Notes: a model not told the origin generated them from the letters alone. A stretch of 64,000 bases of DNA from Nitrosopumilus sp. (GCA_965214775.1 OZ243974.1:288001-352000); one strand, 5' to 3'; counted from the stretch's first letter, positions 1 to 10,250 are shown. Numbers and translations are program-made.

Positions 1-135
1 GATCATGGATATTTCGTGACGGGCAATCTTGTTTCTTAATGCCCCCTTGAGAATATCAACCTCGTTTCTGAGCAAGGCAATCTCATCTTCAAGCTTTGCA
101 ACTCGCTCATAGATAGTTTCAGCGTCTGAACTCAT
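1..135 (-). CDS. Small coiled-coil hypothetical protein, 3' end outside window
   Basis: Manual translation from ATG at 135: MSSDAETIYERVAKLEDEIALLRNEVDILKGALRNKIARHEISMI, open to the window edge. Confidence 0.6.
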   Translation of the reverse strand, partial: MSSDAETIYERVAKLEDEIALLRNEVDILKGALRNKIARHEISMI

Positions 136-247
136 GATTATCTATCAGGAAGAAATTGTCTTAAAAAGTTATGCATCTGCTTAGTTTGTTGCATAACTCC
201 GACTAGAACCAAATCAGTCCGCCCGGATCATGACCGGCGCCCGGTTC

Positions 248-1417
248 CTACATGGCAGCCACCGCCTCTGCAATCCACTTGTTGTACAGCCATATTCTCA
301 GCTTTACCTCCTGCACTATATTGGACCACTTGAGGGCCATTACGCACTCGCCGAACATGCGCTTTATGGACGATATCACGATCTCTACTATCCACCTGCT
401 GCCAAAGCCGACCGTGCTCTTCCAGTACCGCAGGTTCTCCTGTCTTTCCTCCTTTGATAGGCTGCCCACCGGCTCCTCGGGGCCGCCCCCGAGCTGCCAT
501 CGTACAAGCATGCCCCACTTGTCGCCGGTGCCCTTGCCCTTTGCAGTACAGCTTGTCAAAAGCCGTATGAGCGGTTTTATGCCGCGCTTGTGACACTCGG
601 CTACGTTCTTCCTTGAGCCGTATGCGCCGTCTGCAAGCAGGATCTTTCCCGGCGTATCAGGATTCGCGCCGGTGTCAAGCAAGGTCATCGGTGAGATCCC
701 GTCTGCAAGCATGTTGGGAATCTTGACTGCATCTGCGCCGTCGGTGAGTTCCTGCTGCTGCTGCTCTTCCTTGATGTTCTTGACTGCATCTGCGCCGTCG
801 GTGAGTTCCTGCTGCTGCTGCTCTTCCTTGATGTTCTTGACTGCATCTGCGCCGTCGGTGAGTTCCTGCTGCTGCTCTTCCTTGATGTTCTTGGTCGCCT
901 CCTCAAGCAGTGTCGGCAGTTCCGTGCTGTCGCCGACTGCATCACTTGTGACAGATACTGCCAGCATCTGCTTGGTGTCTGCGTCGACCATCAGGTGTAT
1001 CTTGACGAATCCGCGCCTTACCTTCCATTTCTTGCATATCCACTCGCCCCGATTGTGCTGCTTGAGGCCCGTGGCATCGGCTATCATGACCAGGTTGCGG
1101 GGCTTGTCGCGCACCGTGATTACGTGCTCTGCAATGTCGACGTCAAGCTTTTGTATTCTCCTGAATATCGTGGCATAACACGGCGAGTCCGCACCCTTTA
1201 GCATCTCCTCGAACATGCCTGACAGCTGCCTGTACTGTATCATGAATGCGGTTCTGAGGGCGGCTGCGGCCATTATCATGCCTTCTGCATACAGGAACGG
1301 GGCGCCCTTCTCCTTGTGGCAGTTGGCATCCTTGAGATCCTTCTCCCATTCCGGGTTGTACTTAACGATCAGGCCTGCCCCCCTCTTTACGTACTTTGCA
1401 TTGTCTGTTTGTGTCAA
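248..1417 (-). CDS. IS5-family DDE transposase with internal tandem repeat linker
   Basis: IADATGLK, KIHLMVD, LADGAYGS and RWIVEIVISSIKRMFG motifs. Confidence 0.9.
   Translation of the reverse strand: MTQTDNAKYVKRGAGLIVKYNPEWEKDLKDANCHKEKGAPFLYAEGMIMAAAALRTAFMIQYRQLSGMFEEMLKGADSPCYATIFRRIQKLDVDIAEHVITVRDKPRNLVMIADATGLKQHNRGEWICKKWKVRRGFVKIHLMVDADTKQMLAVSVTSDAVGDSTELPTLLEEATKNIKEEQQQELTDGADAVKNIKEEQQQQELTDGADAVKNIKEEQQQQELTDGADAVKIPNMLADGISPMTLLDTGANPDTPGKILLADGAYGSRKNVAECHKRGIKPLIRLLTSCTAKGKGTGDKWGMLVRWQLGGGPEEPVGSLSKEERQENLRYWKSTVGFGSRWIVEIVISSIKRMFGECVMALKWSNIVQEVKLRIWLYNKWIAEAVAAM
724..891. repeat. About 57-bp in-frame tandem repeat x3 (KNIKEEQQQQELTDGADAV)
   Basis: Three near-identical units inside the transposase. 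Confidence 0.9.
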
Positions 1418-1732
1418 TGTATACCAAACGAGGCATCCTCATGATCCATTACTTTTTCGGTAAGGATTAGTTGATCATTTTGGTGATTTTCAGTCAGATT
1501 TCAAATTTTAGGAAGAGTTATGCAACAAACTAGCTACAGATAAGATTTGATATAACGTCTCATACAACATTTTTTATCGAAATAGGCACGATGTGCCAAA
1601 ACTATGATCCATTTTTTGATGTGTGCACTATACCTGCCAATTCGTGCCTGATTGGCGGGGGCAGATGACCACATACGAACTAATTATCATGTGAAACACA
1701 CTGGCGTCTACCAACATATCTTGACCATCTCG

Positions 1733-3166
1733 TCAGACTTGGTTGCGCCACTTGATATCGAACCTCAGATCATTGCGGAATACTTTCTTTGTCTCAGGTA
1801 TGGATTTGATCATGCATCTTGCGAATTCAAGCGACTCTGCAGTCTTTCCTTGCTCAACGAGTATGTATGTCTTGAGTACTGCAGAGTGGGCATTCCGGTG
1901 TAGGCTTATACTTCGATCCAGATACTTTATGGCATCATCACGTCGTTCCATTCTCCACAAGGTGACCCCGGCAGAGTGCAATCCAGTTGCATGTTCTGGA
2001 TCTATCTCAATTCCTCTCTTCAGGTATTCTAGTCCCTTCTCATATTCCCCGTTATTGGAAAAAATCCCGCCCAGATAGATCAGTGCGTCAGGATGATCCG
2101 ACCGTATTTGCAGCACTCTCTTGTACTGCTCTTCGGCTTTGTCAATGTTGTTTAGATTTACGTACACGGTTGCAAGGTTGTAAACAAGTTCCGCAGATTC
2201 CGGTGATGTATTCACCGCGTTCTGGGCCTCCTTGATTGCTTTATCGTGGTTACCCATCAGCAGCAAAACGCGACAAAATACTTGTACATATTTTGCATTG
2301 TCGTGGTTCTGCGTTAATGCTCGATCAAGCGATTGTTTTGCATTGTCAAACTCTTCAAGATTTGTATGCATTATACCCTTGAGGTAGTGGCTGGTGTGAT
2401 CTGCCGGATCGATCTCGATCAACCGGTCGATCTCGATTATTGCCTCACGTCCTTTACCGGAAGCGTACAGTCCTAACGCGACGCATCTGAGTGCTTTTTT
2501 ATTGGCAGGATTCAATTCTAGGCATCTTCGGAAATCTTTTACTGATTTTGGATATTCCTCCTTACGGTAATGTATTATGCCCCTCCTAAAATAGGCATCA
2601 TCTCGGGTTGGTTCTAGTGTCAGGATATCGTCTAGTATATGGAGCGCCTCATCAAACCACCCAAACCTCTCTAAAACGATGGCTTTGAAAAACAGCATCT
2701 GCACATTGTTTGTATTTCTTAGCTCCTCTTCATGTTGCCTTACCCATTTTTCATACTTTGTCAATTCTATCAGTGAATGTCCTACGACATGCAGGTCGCC
2801 AACTTTATTCAAACTACTGTAGAATGACAGATACCTGTCTGGATGAGGTAGGTTTAGATCCATCAACATTTTGGAAAATAGAGTCCCAATCTTTTCTGGA
2901 TATTCGTCTGGATGTACCAGATCCAATTCTTTCATGAACCTGTCCCATCGACTTTGATGCTCTTTGTAACTGTCAAATGCGATCCACCTGCCCAACAGTT
3001 GTTCTGCCTCGATCCTCTTTTCGCTACGTAGCAGATTCAGAATGATTGACTCTTCTTCTACACGTTCGGACAGCAGTATGCATAGTTGGTCTACATTCTC
3101 ATTCTCTACAATGTGCACTTTGAACCATTGTTGAATCTCATCGGTCATTTTGTCATCCGTATCCAT
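1733..3166 (-). CDS. TPR-repeat protein, probably the C-terminal part of a frameshifted Doc-TPR fusion
   Basis: Multiple TPR-like 34-aa units (AYFRRGIIHYRKEEYPKSVKDFRRCLELNP etc.); overlaps the Doc ORF. Confidence 0.8.
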   Translation of the reverse strand: MDTDDKMTDEIQQWFKVHIVENENVDQLCILLSERVEEESIILNLLRSEKRIEAEQLLGRWIAFDSYKEHQSRWDRFMKELDLVHPDEYPEKIGTLFSKMLMDLNLPHPDRYLSFYSSLNKVGDLHVVGHSLIELTKYEKWVRQHEEELRNTNNVQMLFFKAIVLERFGWFDEALHILDDILTLEPTRDDAYFRRGIIHYRKEEYPKSVKDFRRCLELNPANKKALRCVALGLYASGKGREAIIEIDRLIEIDPADHTSHYLKGIMHTNLEEFDNAKQSLDRALTQNHDNAKYVQVFCRVLLLMGNHDKAIKEAQNAVNTSPESAELVYNLATVYVNLNNIDKAEEQYKRVLQIRSDHPDALIYLGGIFSNNGEYEKGLEYLKRGIEIDPEHATGLHSAGVTLWRMERRDDAIKYLDRSISLHRNAHSAVLKTYILVEQGKTAESLEFARCMIKSIPETKKVFRNDLRFDIKWRNQV

Positions 3167-3485
3167 CGCAGTATCTACAGAGACGGATTGCCTTGAGTGG
3201 GACTATGAGCGTAGCGTTGTTTGATCTGATCATGGATTCTGCTGCCATCATGGCACACCGTTTGTTTTCGTCGGAAAGCACGTGTCTCTTTATCAGAAGC
3301 TCCATCATCTTGGCAGCCTTTTGGTAGAGTTCCGGATATTGTTGGTGACCAAACACCTCTAGTTTGGGCATCTCTAGTATAGATCTGAGTTGGCCCTTGT
3401 TCATGATAGTTACATTTGTACCGTGATGCTCATTCATGACTCTGATTATATTATGAATATCCTCAATAGAGAGATAGTTGATCAT
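3153..3485 (-). pseudogene. doc: Death-on-curing (Doc/Fic) toxin domain, frameshifted from the TPR region
   Basis: YPELYQKAA and HVLSDENKR (Doc consensus HxFxDGNKR). Confidence 0.75.
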
Positions 3486-3742
3486 AACTCTGCTAGGCGG
3501 TTATATACTGTACTGTGTCTGTCAAATAACATCCTTATCATTTTCTGTTTTTCTTCCCTAGTCAGTTTGGACGGATCTATCTTGCCCATCTTGTCTTCCA
3601 TTTTATTGGGTATGTCCGTGATTGCATCATGAGGAAGACGCACGTATTCTTCCTTAAAAAAAAGGCCCACTTTACAAGTGTCTATCTCACTCCCATGTTC
3701 TCTGACGGATGAATCCTGTTCCAATGGTGCACCTGATGCCAT
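3482..3742 (-). CDS. Putative antitoxin upstream of doc
   Basis: Small ORF with ATGA overlap into doc; C-terminal helix FDRHSTVYNRLAEL like those of Doc partners. Confidence 0.55.
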   Translation of the reverse strand: MASGAPLEQDSSVREHGSEIDTCKVGLFFKEEYVRLPHDAITDIPNKMEDKMGKIDPSKLTREEKQKMIRMLFDRHSTVYNRLAEL

Positions 3743-3802
3743 ACTAGCACAATAAACAGAATTCTGTTAATAACGGTTACTGGTGATGTAGCGGTTGTCT
3801 TA

Positions 3803-3885
3803 TATAGCAACGGGCATAAGTCTTTGAGTCAAAGTAGGCCATAACTACACGTAAAAAACCTCAATTATTTCTGCTTGTTGCTATA
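3803..3885. mobile_element. MITE family A (about 80 bp, TA target, IS630-like ends)
   Basis: TIR TATAGCAACGGGCA / TGCT(C/T)GTTGCTATA; copies at 9947-10155 (interrupted), 20097-20179, 31732-31812, 52341-52414, 53963-54045. Confidence 0.9.
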
Positions 3886-3968
3886 ACATAATAAACAACC
3901 AAAATATTTTAGGTTTAGATTGCTCTTTAGGATCATGAAAAATGCTTGTTGCAGCATAGTGCATAATT

Positions 3969-4766
3969 ATGATTTCTGATACTTCTGCGTTGGTTTGCTT
4001 GTGGACGGGAGGCGCCATTCACAAAAGCAAAAATTCTGTAAAGTACCTAGAATCACTTGACTTAAGATCAGGTACAAAATTATGGGAGAGATGTAAGAAG
4101 ATCATGAATAATTATGATCAGGTGATAAAAAATCGAAAAAAATGCATACTTGACATCGTCTCATCAGAGATTAAACAAAAACGCATAACGCAGGTAGTTA
4201 TTTTTGGTGCAGGATGGGATGCATTATCAGTCGAGCTGGTATCTGGTATAGAGAATCTCAAAGTATACGAGCTTGACATTGCCAACATGAATGAAAAAAG
4301 ATTGCTTTTAAAAAACACGGATGAAAGATTGGCAGAGTCTGTTCATTGCATACAAACGGATCTTGAAAACCCCCTAGAAGTTTATGGGCAATTAAAAAAT
4401 AACGGCTGGAACCACTTGAAGGCCTCTGTCTTGGTCTTTGAGGGCATATCTTACTACTTGACTCAGACTAATTTATTTGGCGTAATAAGACAGTTCAAGT
4501 CACACTCTCAGAATGTTCTTGTCATAGAATACCTGCGAAACAACAAACTAAAGAACATACCTGATGAAATATTTGGCGTAATTCAAAGTCAAAATGACAT
4601 TAAAATCACAAAATATGACACAGACAAAATAAAATCACATTTAGAAGAACTTGAAGGCATTGTAATTAAAAACTATTCTCTGGCAGAAATGGAAAAAAAC
4701 AGACTGGGTTTTGCGCTTTATTTTGCACACAGAAATTGGATCAATGTTTGTCATGCAATTATTTGA
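3969..4766 (+). CDS. Class I SAM-dependent methyltransferase (leucine carboxyl methyltransferase-like)
   Basis: QVVIFGAGWD, VYELD and LVFEGISYYL motifs. Confidence 0.8.
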   Translation: MISDTSALVCLWTGGAIHKSKNSVKYLESLDLRSGTKLWERCKKIMNNYDQVIKNRKKCILDIVSSEIKQKRITQVVIFGAGWDALSVELVSGIENLKVYELDIANMNEKRLLLKNTDERLAESVHCIQTDLENPLEVYGQLKNNGWNHLKASVLVFEGISYYLTQTNLFGVIRQFKSHSQNVLVIEYLRNNKLKNIPDEIFGVIQSQNDIKITKYDTDKIKSHLEELEGIVIKNYSLAEMEKNRLGFALYFAHRNWINVCHAII

Positions 4767-4829
4767 CAGCATGTTTTATGCCATAGAACCGTCGCCGTAG
4801 CCGTCACCATCTGCAAGACAAACAAACAA

Positions 4830-4950
4830 CAGTCTTCACAGATGTAACTGACTCGTGGCGGTGCAGACGGTTGCATGCGGATCTGCAGGCATCATAATCT
4901 AATTTGTGTCAAATTTGGAGCCGTTTTTCTGGGAACTTCTGGAAAGACTG
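4830..4950. mobile_element. MITE family F (about 120 bp, CAGTCTT...AAGACTG ends)
   Basis: Terminal inverted repeats and a shared GCGGATCTGCA core; relatives at 9759-9836 (partial), 9985-10105, 31852-31970, 37261-37402, 42033-42158. Confidence 0.8.
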
Positions 4951-5154
4951 ATTGTCAGGCAGTTTTACACACAGGCAACTTGTCATTTGCAGGCATTGTT
5001 TTAATGGATTTGATGCAAGCAAGTTCGGTTATGCATTATCTGAGTCTGCTAGTTTCGAATCAACCCTATGACGCTGGATCTGGAGTACTTTTCACTTGGC
5101 AGATAAAAAGGATAATAGATTATTATGACTCCTCTTTAGAGGACATCATATATC

Positions 5155-5904
5155 TTGAATGAATTATCTATTCGGTCCGTTTCTAAGTCCTTTGGCGGAA
5201 ACAAGGCATTAGATGACATATCCATTGATTTGATTCCAAAAAAGATAAACCTGCTTATTGGCTCCAATGGTTGTGGCAAGACGACTCTGATTAATGCAAT
5301 ATCAGGCAATACGCAAATTGATAATGGCAATATCGTGTTTGCAGATAAGGACATTACACAAAACGCCATAAATCACAGATTCAACTTGGGAATGATCAGA
5401 ACTTTTCAGACGCCTAGACTATTTTCAAGCTTGTCTGTACTTGAAAATCTTATGATCTGCCAACACAGTGCAGGAGAGCGTTTTAAGAATTCCCTAATCC
5501 CTAAAAGATGGAAGAGTCAAGAAAATTCAATTAAACAAAAGGCGTTATCTGTACTTGATTCGTTAAATCTCACAAAGCTGAAAAACAGCTTGGCTTATGA
5601 CCTTAGCGGAGGGCAGATAAAACTAGTAGAGCTTGCAAAGACGCTGATGTCTGACTCGAAGCTTGTCCTGCTAGACGAGCCAATAGCCGGAATAGCCCCA
5701 AAACTTGCACATGACATATTTGAGACAATCTGCAGCATGAGCAAGGATCATGGCATTACGTTTCTGATAGTAGAGCACAGGCTGGATATCGCATTACAGT
5801 ATTCAGACTGGGTGTTTGTCATGAATGAAGGCAGGATAATAGCAAACGATTCACCTGACAAAATACTGCAGGACAAGGCAGTGATCGACTCATATCTGAG
5901 GTAA
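5155..5904 (+). CDS. livG: Branched-chain amino acid ABC transporter ATPase (LivG-like)
   Basis: GSNGCGKT, RTFQTPR, LSGGQ, LLDEP, VEH motifs. Confidence 0.85.
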   Translation: MNELSIRSVSKSFGGNKALDDISIDLIPKKINLLIGSNGCGKTTLINAISGNTQIDNGNIVFADKDITQNAINHRFNLGMIRTFQTPRLFSSLSVLENLMICQHSAGERFKNSLIPKRWKSQENSIKQKALSVLDSLNLTKLKNSLAYDLSGGQIKLVELAKTLMSDSKLVLLDEPIAGIAPKLAHDIFETICSMSKDHGITFLIVEHRLDIALQYSDWVFVMNEGRIIANDSPDKILQDKAVIDSYLR

Positions 5905-5912
5905 TAATAATT

Positions 5913-6611
5913 TTGGCAATATCAATCAAGTCGCTTTCCTGCGGATATGGGAAAAACCACGTAATACACGACGTTGACTTTGTTGCAGAAAACCAGATCA
6001 CTGCAATCATCGGGGCAAACGGCTCGGGCAAAAGCACGCTGTTAAAATCAATTTGCGGATTGTGCGACATATACGGCGGAGAAATCAACCTAGGCAAAAA
6101 AAGCATTACAGGACTTGCGACACATAAAGTCATACATCTGGGAGTGTCATACATGGCTCAAAGGGACAACGTGTTCTCTGATCTTAGCATTCATGAGAAT
6201 CTAATTGTCTCAAACAGCCTAGATGCCTTGAATCTAGACGACATATTTGACATGTTTCCGGCACTATACAGGCACAAGAAAAAAAAAGCAAATGATCTTA
6301 GCGGGGGACTGCGACAGCTCTTGGCAATGGCAATGATAATAACAAAAAACCCCGGGGTCATACTGTTTGATGAGCCAACTGCGAATCTATCTCCAAAAAA
6401 TTCAAAGATGATACTGGACAAAATAAGGCAGATACAAAAAAGGCTGGGCAACTGCGTTATCCTAGTTGAGCAGAACGTCCACAGTGCATTAGAGTGTTGT
6501 GACAAGGTCTATCTGTTGGCAGGAGGACGCGTAGTATATTCTGGCGGCCCGCAAAAGCTGCTATCGGACTCGGAACTTGGCAAAAAATATCTGGGAATCG
6601 ACAAATTATGA
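5913..6611 (+). CDS. livF: Branched-chain amino acid ABC transporter ATPase (LivF-like)
   Basis: GANGSGKS, LSGG, FDEP, LVEQN motifs. Confidence 0.85.
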   Translation: MAISIKSLSCGYGKNHVIHDVDFVAENQITAIIGANGSGKSTLLKSICGLCDIYGGEINLGKKSITGLATHKVIHLGVSYMAQRDNVFSDLSIHENLIVSNSLDALNLDDIFDMFPALYRHKKKKANDLSGGLRQLLAMAMIITKNPGVILFDEPTANLSPKNSKMILDKIRQIQKRLGNCVILVEQNVHSALECCDKVYLLAGGRVVYSGGPQKLLSDSELGKKYLGIDKL

Positions 6612-7519
6612 TAATACTGGTCGATGCGATAGTTTATGCATGTGTGCTGTCTGTGCTGTGCATAGGCCTCACACTAACGTACAAGATCACAAATGTTCCC
6701 AACTTTGCCCACACTACATTTGCCGTACTTGGAATGTACATGGCATTAATCACAACCAAGATATTTGGCTCAAGTCCCTATTTGGCAATGCCGCTGGCAT
6801 TTGTCCTGTCTGGCAGTGTTGCCCTTTTTTTGTACTATTTTATTATTCGCACGCTTCAAAACAAAAAAGCGTCCTTTCTGTCACTGATCATCGCCACGTT
6901 GTCCTTTGATATCTTTATGATTGGAGTGCTAAACATAATATCGGATTACATTTCAAACACGTTTCAGGTAGCTGCAAGAGACTTTACGTTGAGAAGCTTT
7001 GACGGTATCCTCTTTGATTTGCCGATGGTTCTAGTAGTGTCATGCGTGGTGTTGGCATGCGTAGTCTTTGGGCTGTATTATTTGCTGTATCGCACAAAAT
7101 TTGGAATATCCATGAGGGCGACAATACAAAACTCGACACTTGCATCGACTTTTGGAATCAACACAAACAGGATATTTTGCGTGTCTTGGTTTTTGAGCGG
7201 TGCCATGGGCGGCATTGCAGGAGTCTTGATGTCTGTGTGGTTTCAAGGAGATCCCAGTCTGTCAGCTATAATGCTTCCCAGCGTCTTTGCAGGAAGCATA
7301 GTGGGCGGATTCTCCAGCCTTTATGGTGCAATACTTGGGGGAATAGTCATAGGAGTGTCTGAGATTTTGGGCACCAGTTATCTGGCATCGGTGCTTGGAT
7401 ACTGGATTGTGCCATACAGGCCGATAATTCCATTTTTGTTTATAATTTTGACGCTGTTGATATCCCCCAAGGGACTGTCTAGTGCGATAGAGAGATTGAG
7501 GAGCAGAAGACCATGCTAA
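6608..7519 (+). CDS. livH: Branched-chain amino acid ABC permease (LivH-like)
   Basis: GLTLTYKITNVPNFAH and TKFGISMRA motifs; hydrophobic. Confidence 0.85.
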   Translation: MIILVDAIVYACVLSVLCIGLTLTYKITNVPNFAHTTFAVLGMYMALITTKIFGSSPYLAMPLAFVLSGSVALFLYYFIIRTLQNKKASFLSLIIATLSFDIFMIGVLNIISDYISNTFQVAARDFTLRSFDGILFDLPMVLVVSCVVLACVVFGLYYLLYRTKFGISMRATIQNSTLASTFGINTNRIFCVSWFLSGAMGGIAGVLMSVWFQGDPSLSAIMLPSVFAGSIVGGFSSLYGAILGGIVIGVSEILGTSYLASVLGYWIVPYRPIIPFLFIILTLLISPKGLSSAIERLRSRRPC

Positions 7520-8514
7520 GCTCAGAGATCATATTTTTTGCAGACTTGATTGCAATATTTTCTATATACCTGATAATCAACTCCAGTCTAAACCTGGAGT
7601 TTGGGTTTGCAGGCATTCCTAATTTTGGAAAGGTGCTGACTGTAGGAGCGGGGGCATTTGTCATGGCAATAGTTCCAGTGCATCTGTACGGATTAATTTT
7701 AGATATTGATGCGGATCCAATACAGGACAATTTTGCCGTCATAAATCAGATAAATGCGCACATTGCCAGCCATCCAGAGACAGCATTTTTTGTCTTTGGC
7801 ATTACATTGACTGTGGCTGTAATTGTCGGTGCTGTGTTGGGTCTCGTATCGTCGTATCCGGCCATAAGACTGCGTGGGGACTATCTGGCAATCACCCTTT
7901 TGGCATTTGGCGAGATAATTAGAATTGTAGGTATGAACCACGAAGGGTTGGTCGGCGGCACGCTTGGAGTTGCAGTGCCTGACTTTGCGTCGTTTGTGCC
8001 TGATGAGTACAGGTTCTTGGCGTATAGCCTGCTTTTATTGGCATTTGCAGGGATTGTCTATTTTGTCATAAGCAGGTTTACGTCATCTCCCGTGGGACGG
8101 CTGCTTCGAGCAACAAGGGACGACGAGACGGCGTTGCAGTCACTTGGTCGAGACATCGTATCAGTAAAGATAAAGACGCTGATGTTTGCAGGACTGATCG
8201 GCGCAATAGGAGGACTGCTGTATGCCTCTTATGTTGAGGGAGTCGTAGCATTTGGATATAACAGGCTAAACTGGACGTTTCTTCCATTTGTCATGGTTAT
8301 AGTTGGCGGCATGGCAAACAACAAGGGCATACTTGTCGGCACCCTGCTTTTTGTTGCAATCAGAAAGCTGATAATATTTTACAATGACTCGTTTGCCGGG
8401 TTTCTGCCATTTGATATTATTTGGCTTGATTATTTGTTGCTGGGCGGAATAATGCTTGTTGTGTTAATTTTCAGACCAAGAGGAATAATCCCCGAAAGGC
8501 CATGCACGAAGTAA
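7513..8514 (+). CDS. livM: Branched-chain amino acid ABC permease (LivM-like)
   Basis: LRGDYLAITLLAFGE, SPVGRLLRATRDDE, RPRGIIPE motifs. Confidence 0.85.
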   Translation: MLSSEIIFFADLIAIFSIYLIINSSLNLEFGFAGIPNFGKVLTVGAGAFVMAIVPVHLYGLILDIDADPIQDNFAVINQINAHIASHPETAFFVFGITLTVAVIVGAVLGLVSSYPAIRLRGDYLAITLLAFGEIIRIVGMNHEGLVGGTLGVAVPDFASFVPDEYRFLAYSLLLLAFAGIVYFVISRFTSSPVGRLLRATRDDETALQSLGRDIVSVKIKTLMFAGLIGAIGGLLYASYVEGVVAFGYNRLNWTFLPFVMVIVGGMANNKGILVGTLLFVAIRKLIIFYNDSFAGFLPFDIIWLDYLLLGGIMLVVLIFRPRGIIPERPCTK

Positions 8515-8589
8515 AATGCAAACCCAACTTTGAGAAAAAAAAGATGGTTTACGGTTGGTCCTATCGACATTAGGCTGCTACTCTCCCTG

Positions 8590-8629
8590 CCTTCTCCTGC
8601 CTTCTCCTGCCTTCTCCTGCCTTCTCCTG
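8590..8629. repeat. 10-bp tandem repeat (CCTTCTCCTG)x4
   Basis: Direct reading. Confidence 0.9.
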
Positions 8630-8766
8630 AGAGTTGATTCGAAATTAGCAAACTCTGATTATTTGTGAACGAATTTGTATAGAACGGCTCAAAACATCAA
8701 CAATATACAAACTATCTGTGAAATTACATGAAAAATTCACATTGTTTCTAATTTCGGATCATCTCT
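8630..8766. mobile_element. MITE family B (about 135 bp, 3-bp CWG target duplication)
   Basis: TIR AGAGTTGATTCGAAATTAG / CTAATTTCGGATCATCTCT; copies at 8834-8959, 14463-14599, 45921-46085, 46897-46927 (partial), 49793-49927, 61815-62186 (interrupted). Confidence 0.9.
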
Positions 8767-9084
8767 CTGCCTCCCTGCCTCCTCCTGCCTGTCTCATCCT
8801 CATCCTCCTCATCCACGTCTCCCTGCCTCCCTGAGAGTTGATTCAAAATCAGCAATCTAATTATGTGTAAACGAATGCAAAAGACAGTTCAAAACATCAA
8901 CAAGACATCTGTCAAATCAGTTGAAAAATTTGCAAGGTTTCTAATTTTGAATCGCTTCTCTGGGTTGGTGCGCCCTGTAAAGGCAAAGGCCATAGGGATA
9001 GTGCACGCCAAGACAAAGGATGGCCGCGTAGATGCGGACATACTTGAGGATCGCATAGGCCAGGCTCAGGTGCGGGATGACAGA

Positions 9085-9154
<70 letters not shown>

Positions 9155-9312
9155 ATGGAACGCAGTATAATGCAGGTGGCAAAGATGAGCCGTTATCTAC
9201 TGTAGACACTACAAAGCAGGGTTCCCAAAGACAAACAGCAACCAAGTAAATGAGGGATCAAGGATGCAAAAGTGAACGATTGTCTATCACGTTTACAATG
9301 TATGTTCAACAC

Positions 9313-9714
9313 TCACACTAGGGATTCATCATCAACTTCAATGGGTTTGCGTCCCATGAAACCAGAATCTTTTTCGTGCCAGAATTTTATTTCAGTTTCT
9401 CCATATTTCCAACATAGCCAAATTTCTTCATCAAATCGCTTTGAAGGAAAGTCAAGCAAGCCCTGCTCAATACTTTTTACAACTACGCCAGTGTTTTCAA
9501 GAATTTCAACGGATTCATAGAATTTTGTGATGGCAGAATTTAGTTGCTGCTTTAATGTGATGTACTCTTCAAAAGAATTCGTTGTAGATACGCACATTTG
9601 CAATTGTTGTTCTAGTTTTTTTACTTCATCTTGTTTTGCAAGCGAGTATTCATATTTTTTGATTACATCAGGAAGCGCCTCATTGGCATCATTTGTTGCA
9701 AAATAGGAAAACAC
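9313..9714 (-). CDS. DUF2203-family protein
   Basis: GLLDFPS...EEIWLCWKYGE...FWH...GFMGRKPI motif; start moved to GTG at 9714 because the ORF extension runs through MITEs. Confidence 0.85.
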   Translation of the reverse strand: MFSYFATNDANEALPDVIKKYEYSLAKQDEVKKLEQQLQMCVSTTNSFEEYITLKQQLNSAITKFYESVEILENTGVVVKSIEQGLLDFPSKRFDEEIWLCWKYGETEIKFWHEKDSGFMGRKPIEVDDESLV

Positions 9715-9836
9715 AGTATTGCTAAAAAAAATACCAATTAAATAGCTAGCCCAAGAATCAGTCTTTCCAAAAGTAACCCAAAAAGCGGCTCCAATCTTGA
9801 AATATCTCAAACCAGGCTTCCTGCAGATCCGCACAT

Positions 9837-10165
9837 CAGTACTTCCCAAGTGTACTTTTACAGGCACGGCAATTACGTAATTTGCAGAGAACCTATGCGT
9901 AAACGAAATTAGCGGCTATGCCGTGCCGGGTCTGCAAAAGCACACCCATAGCAACGGGCAGAAGTCTTTGAGTCAAAGTAGGTCCAGTCTTCCCAGAAGT
10001 ACCACATCAAATTATCCTAGGTTCGAAACAATTCAAATGAGGATGCTTGCAGATCCGCATGTCACCTCCTGCGCCACCACGAGTCGGTTACTTCTGGGAA
10101 GACTGAGATCATAACTACACGTAAAAAACCTCAATTATTTCTGCTCGTTGCTATAGGAAGTACTG
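9837..10165. mobile_element. MITE family E (about 125 bp, CAGTACTTCC...GGAAGTACTG) carrying nested MITEs A and F
   Basis: Uninterrupted copies at 46961-47083 and 51343-51465. Confidence 0.9.
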
Positions 10166-10250
10166 AATTGCGTCCAACTGCGATCTTCATATTTGGCCAG
10201 CCTGATCATGTATCCAATATGTTATTAATTGGATCTGTTTAATACTGGAG

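Larger units (their letters stand above)
182..1532 (-). mobile_element. IS5-family insertion sequence, apparently complete
   Basis: 18-bp terminal inverted repeats TAGTTTGTTGCATAACTC (182-199) / GAGTTATGCAACAAACTA (1515-1532) enclose a DDE transposase; second copy at 53709-56628. Confidence 0.9.

Noticed and set aside
9715-9867. N-terminal extension of the DUF2203 ORF
   Set aside because: It runs through MITE F and E sequence.
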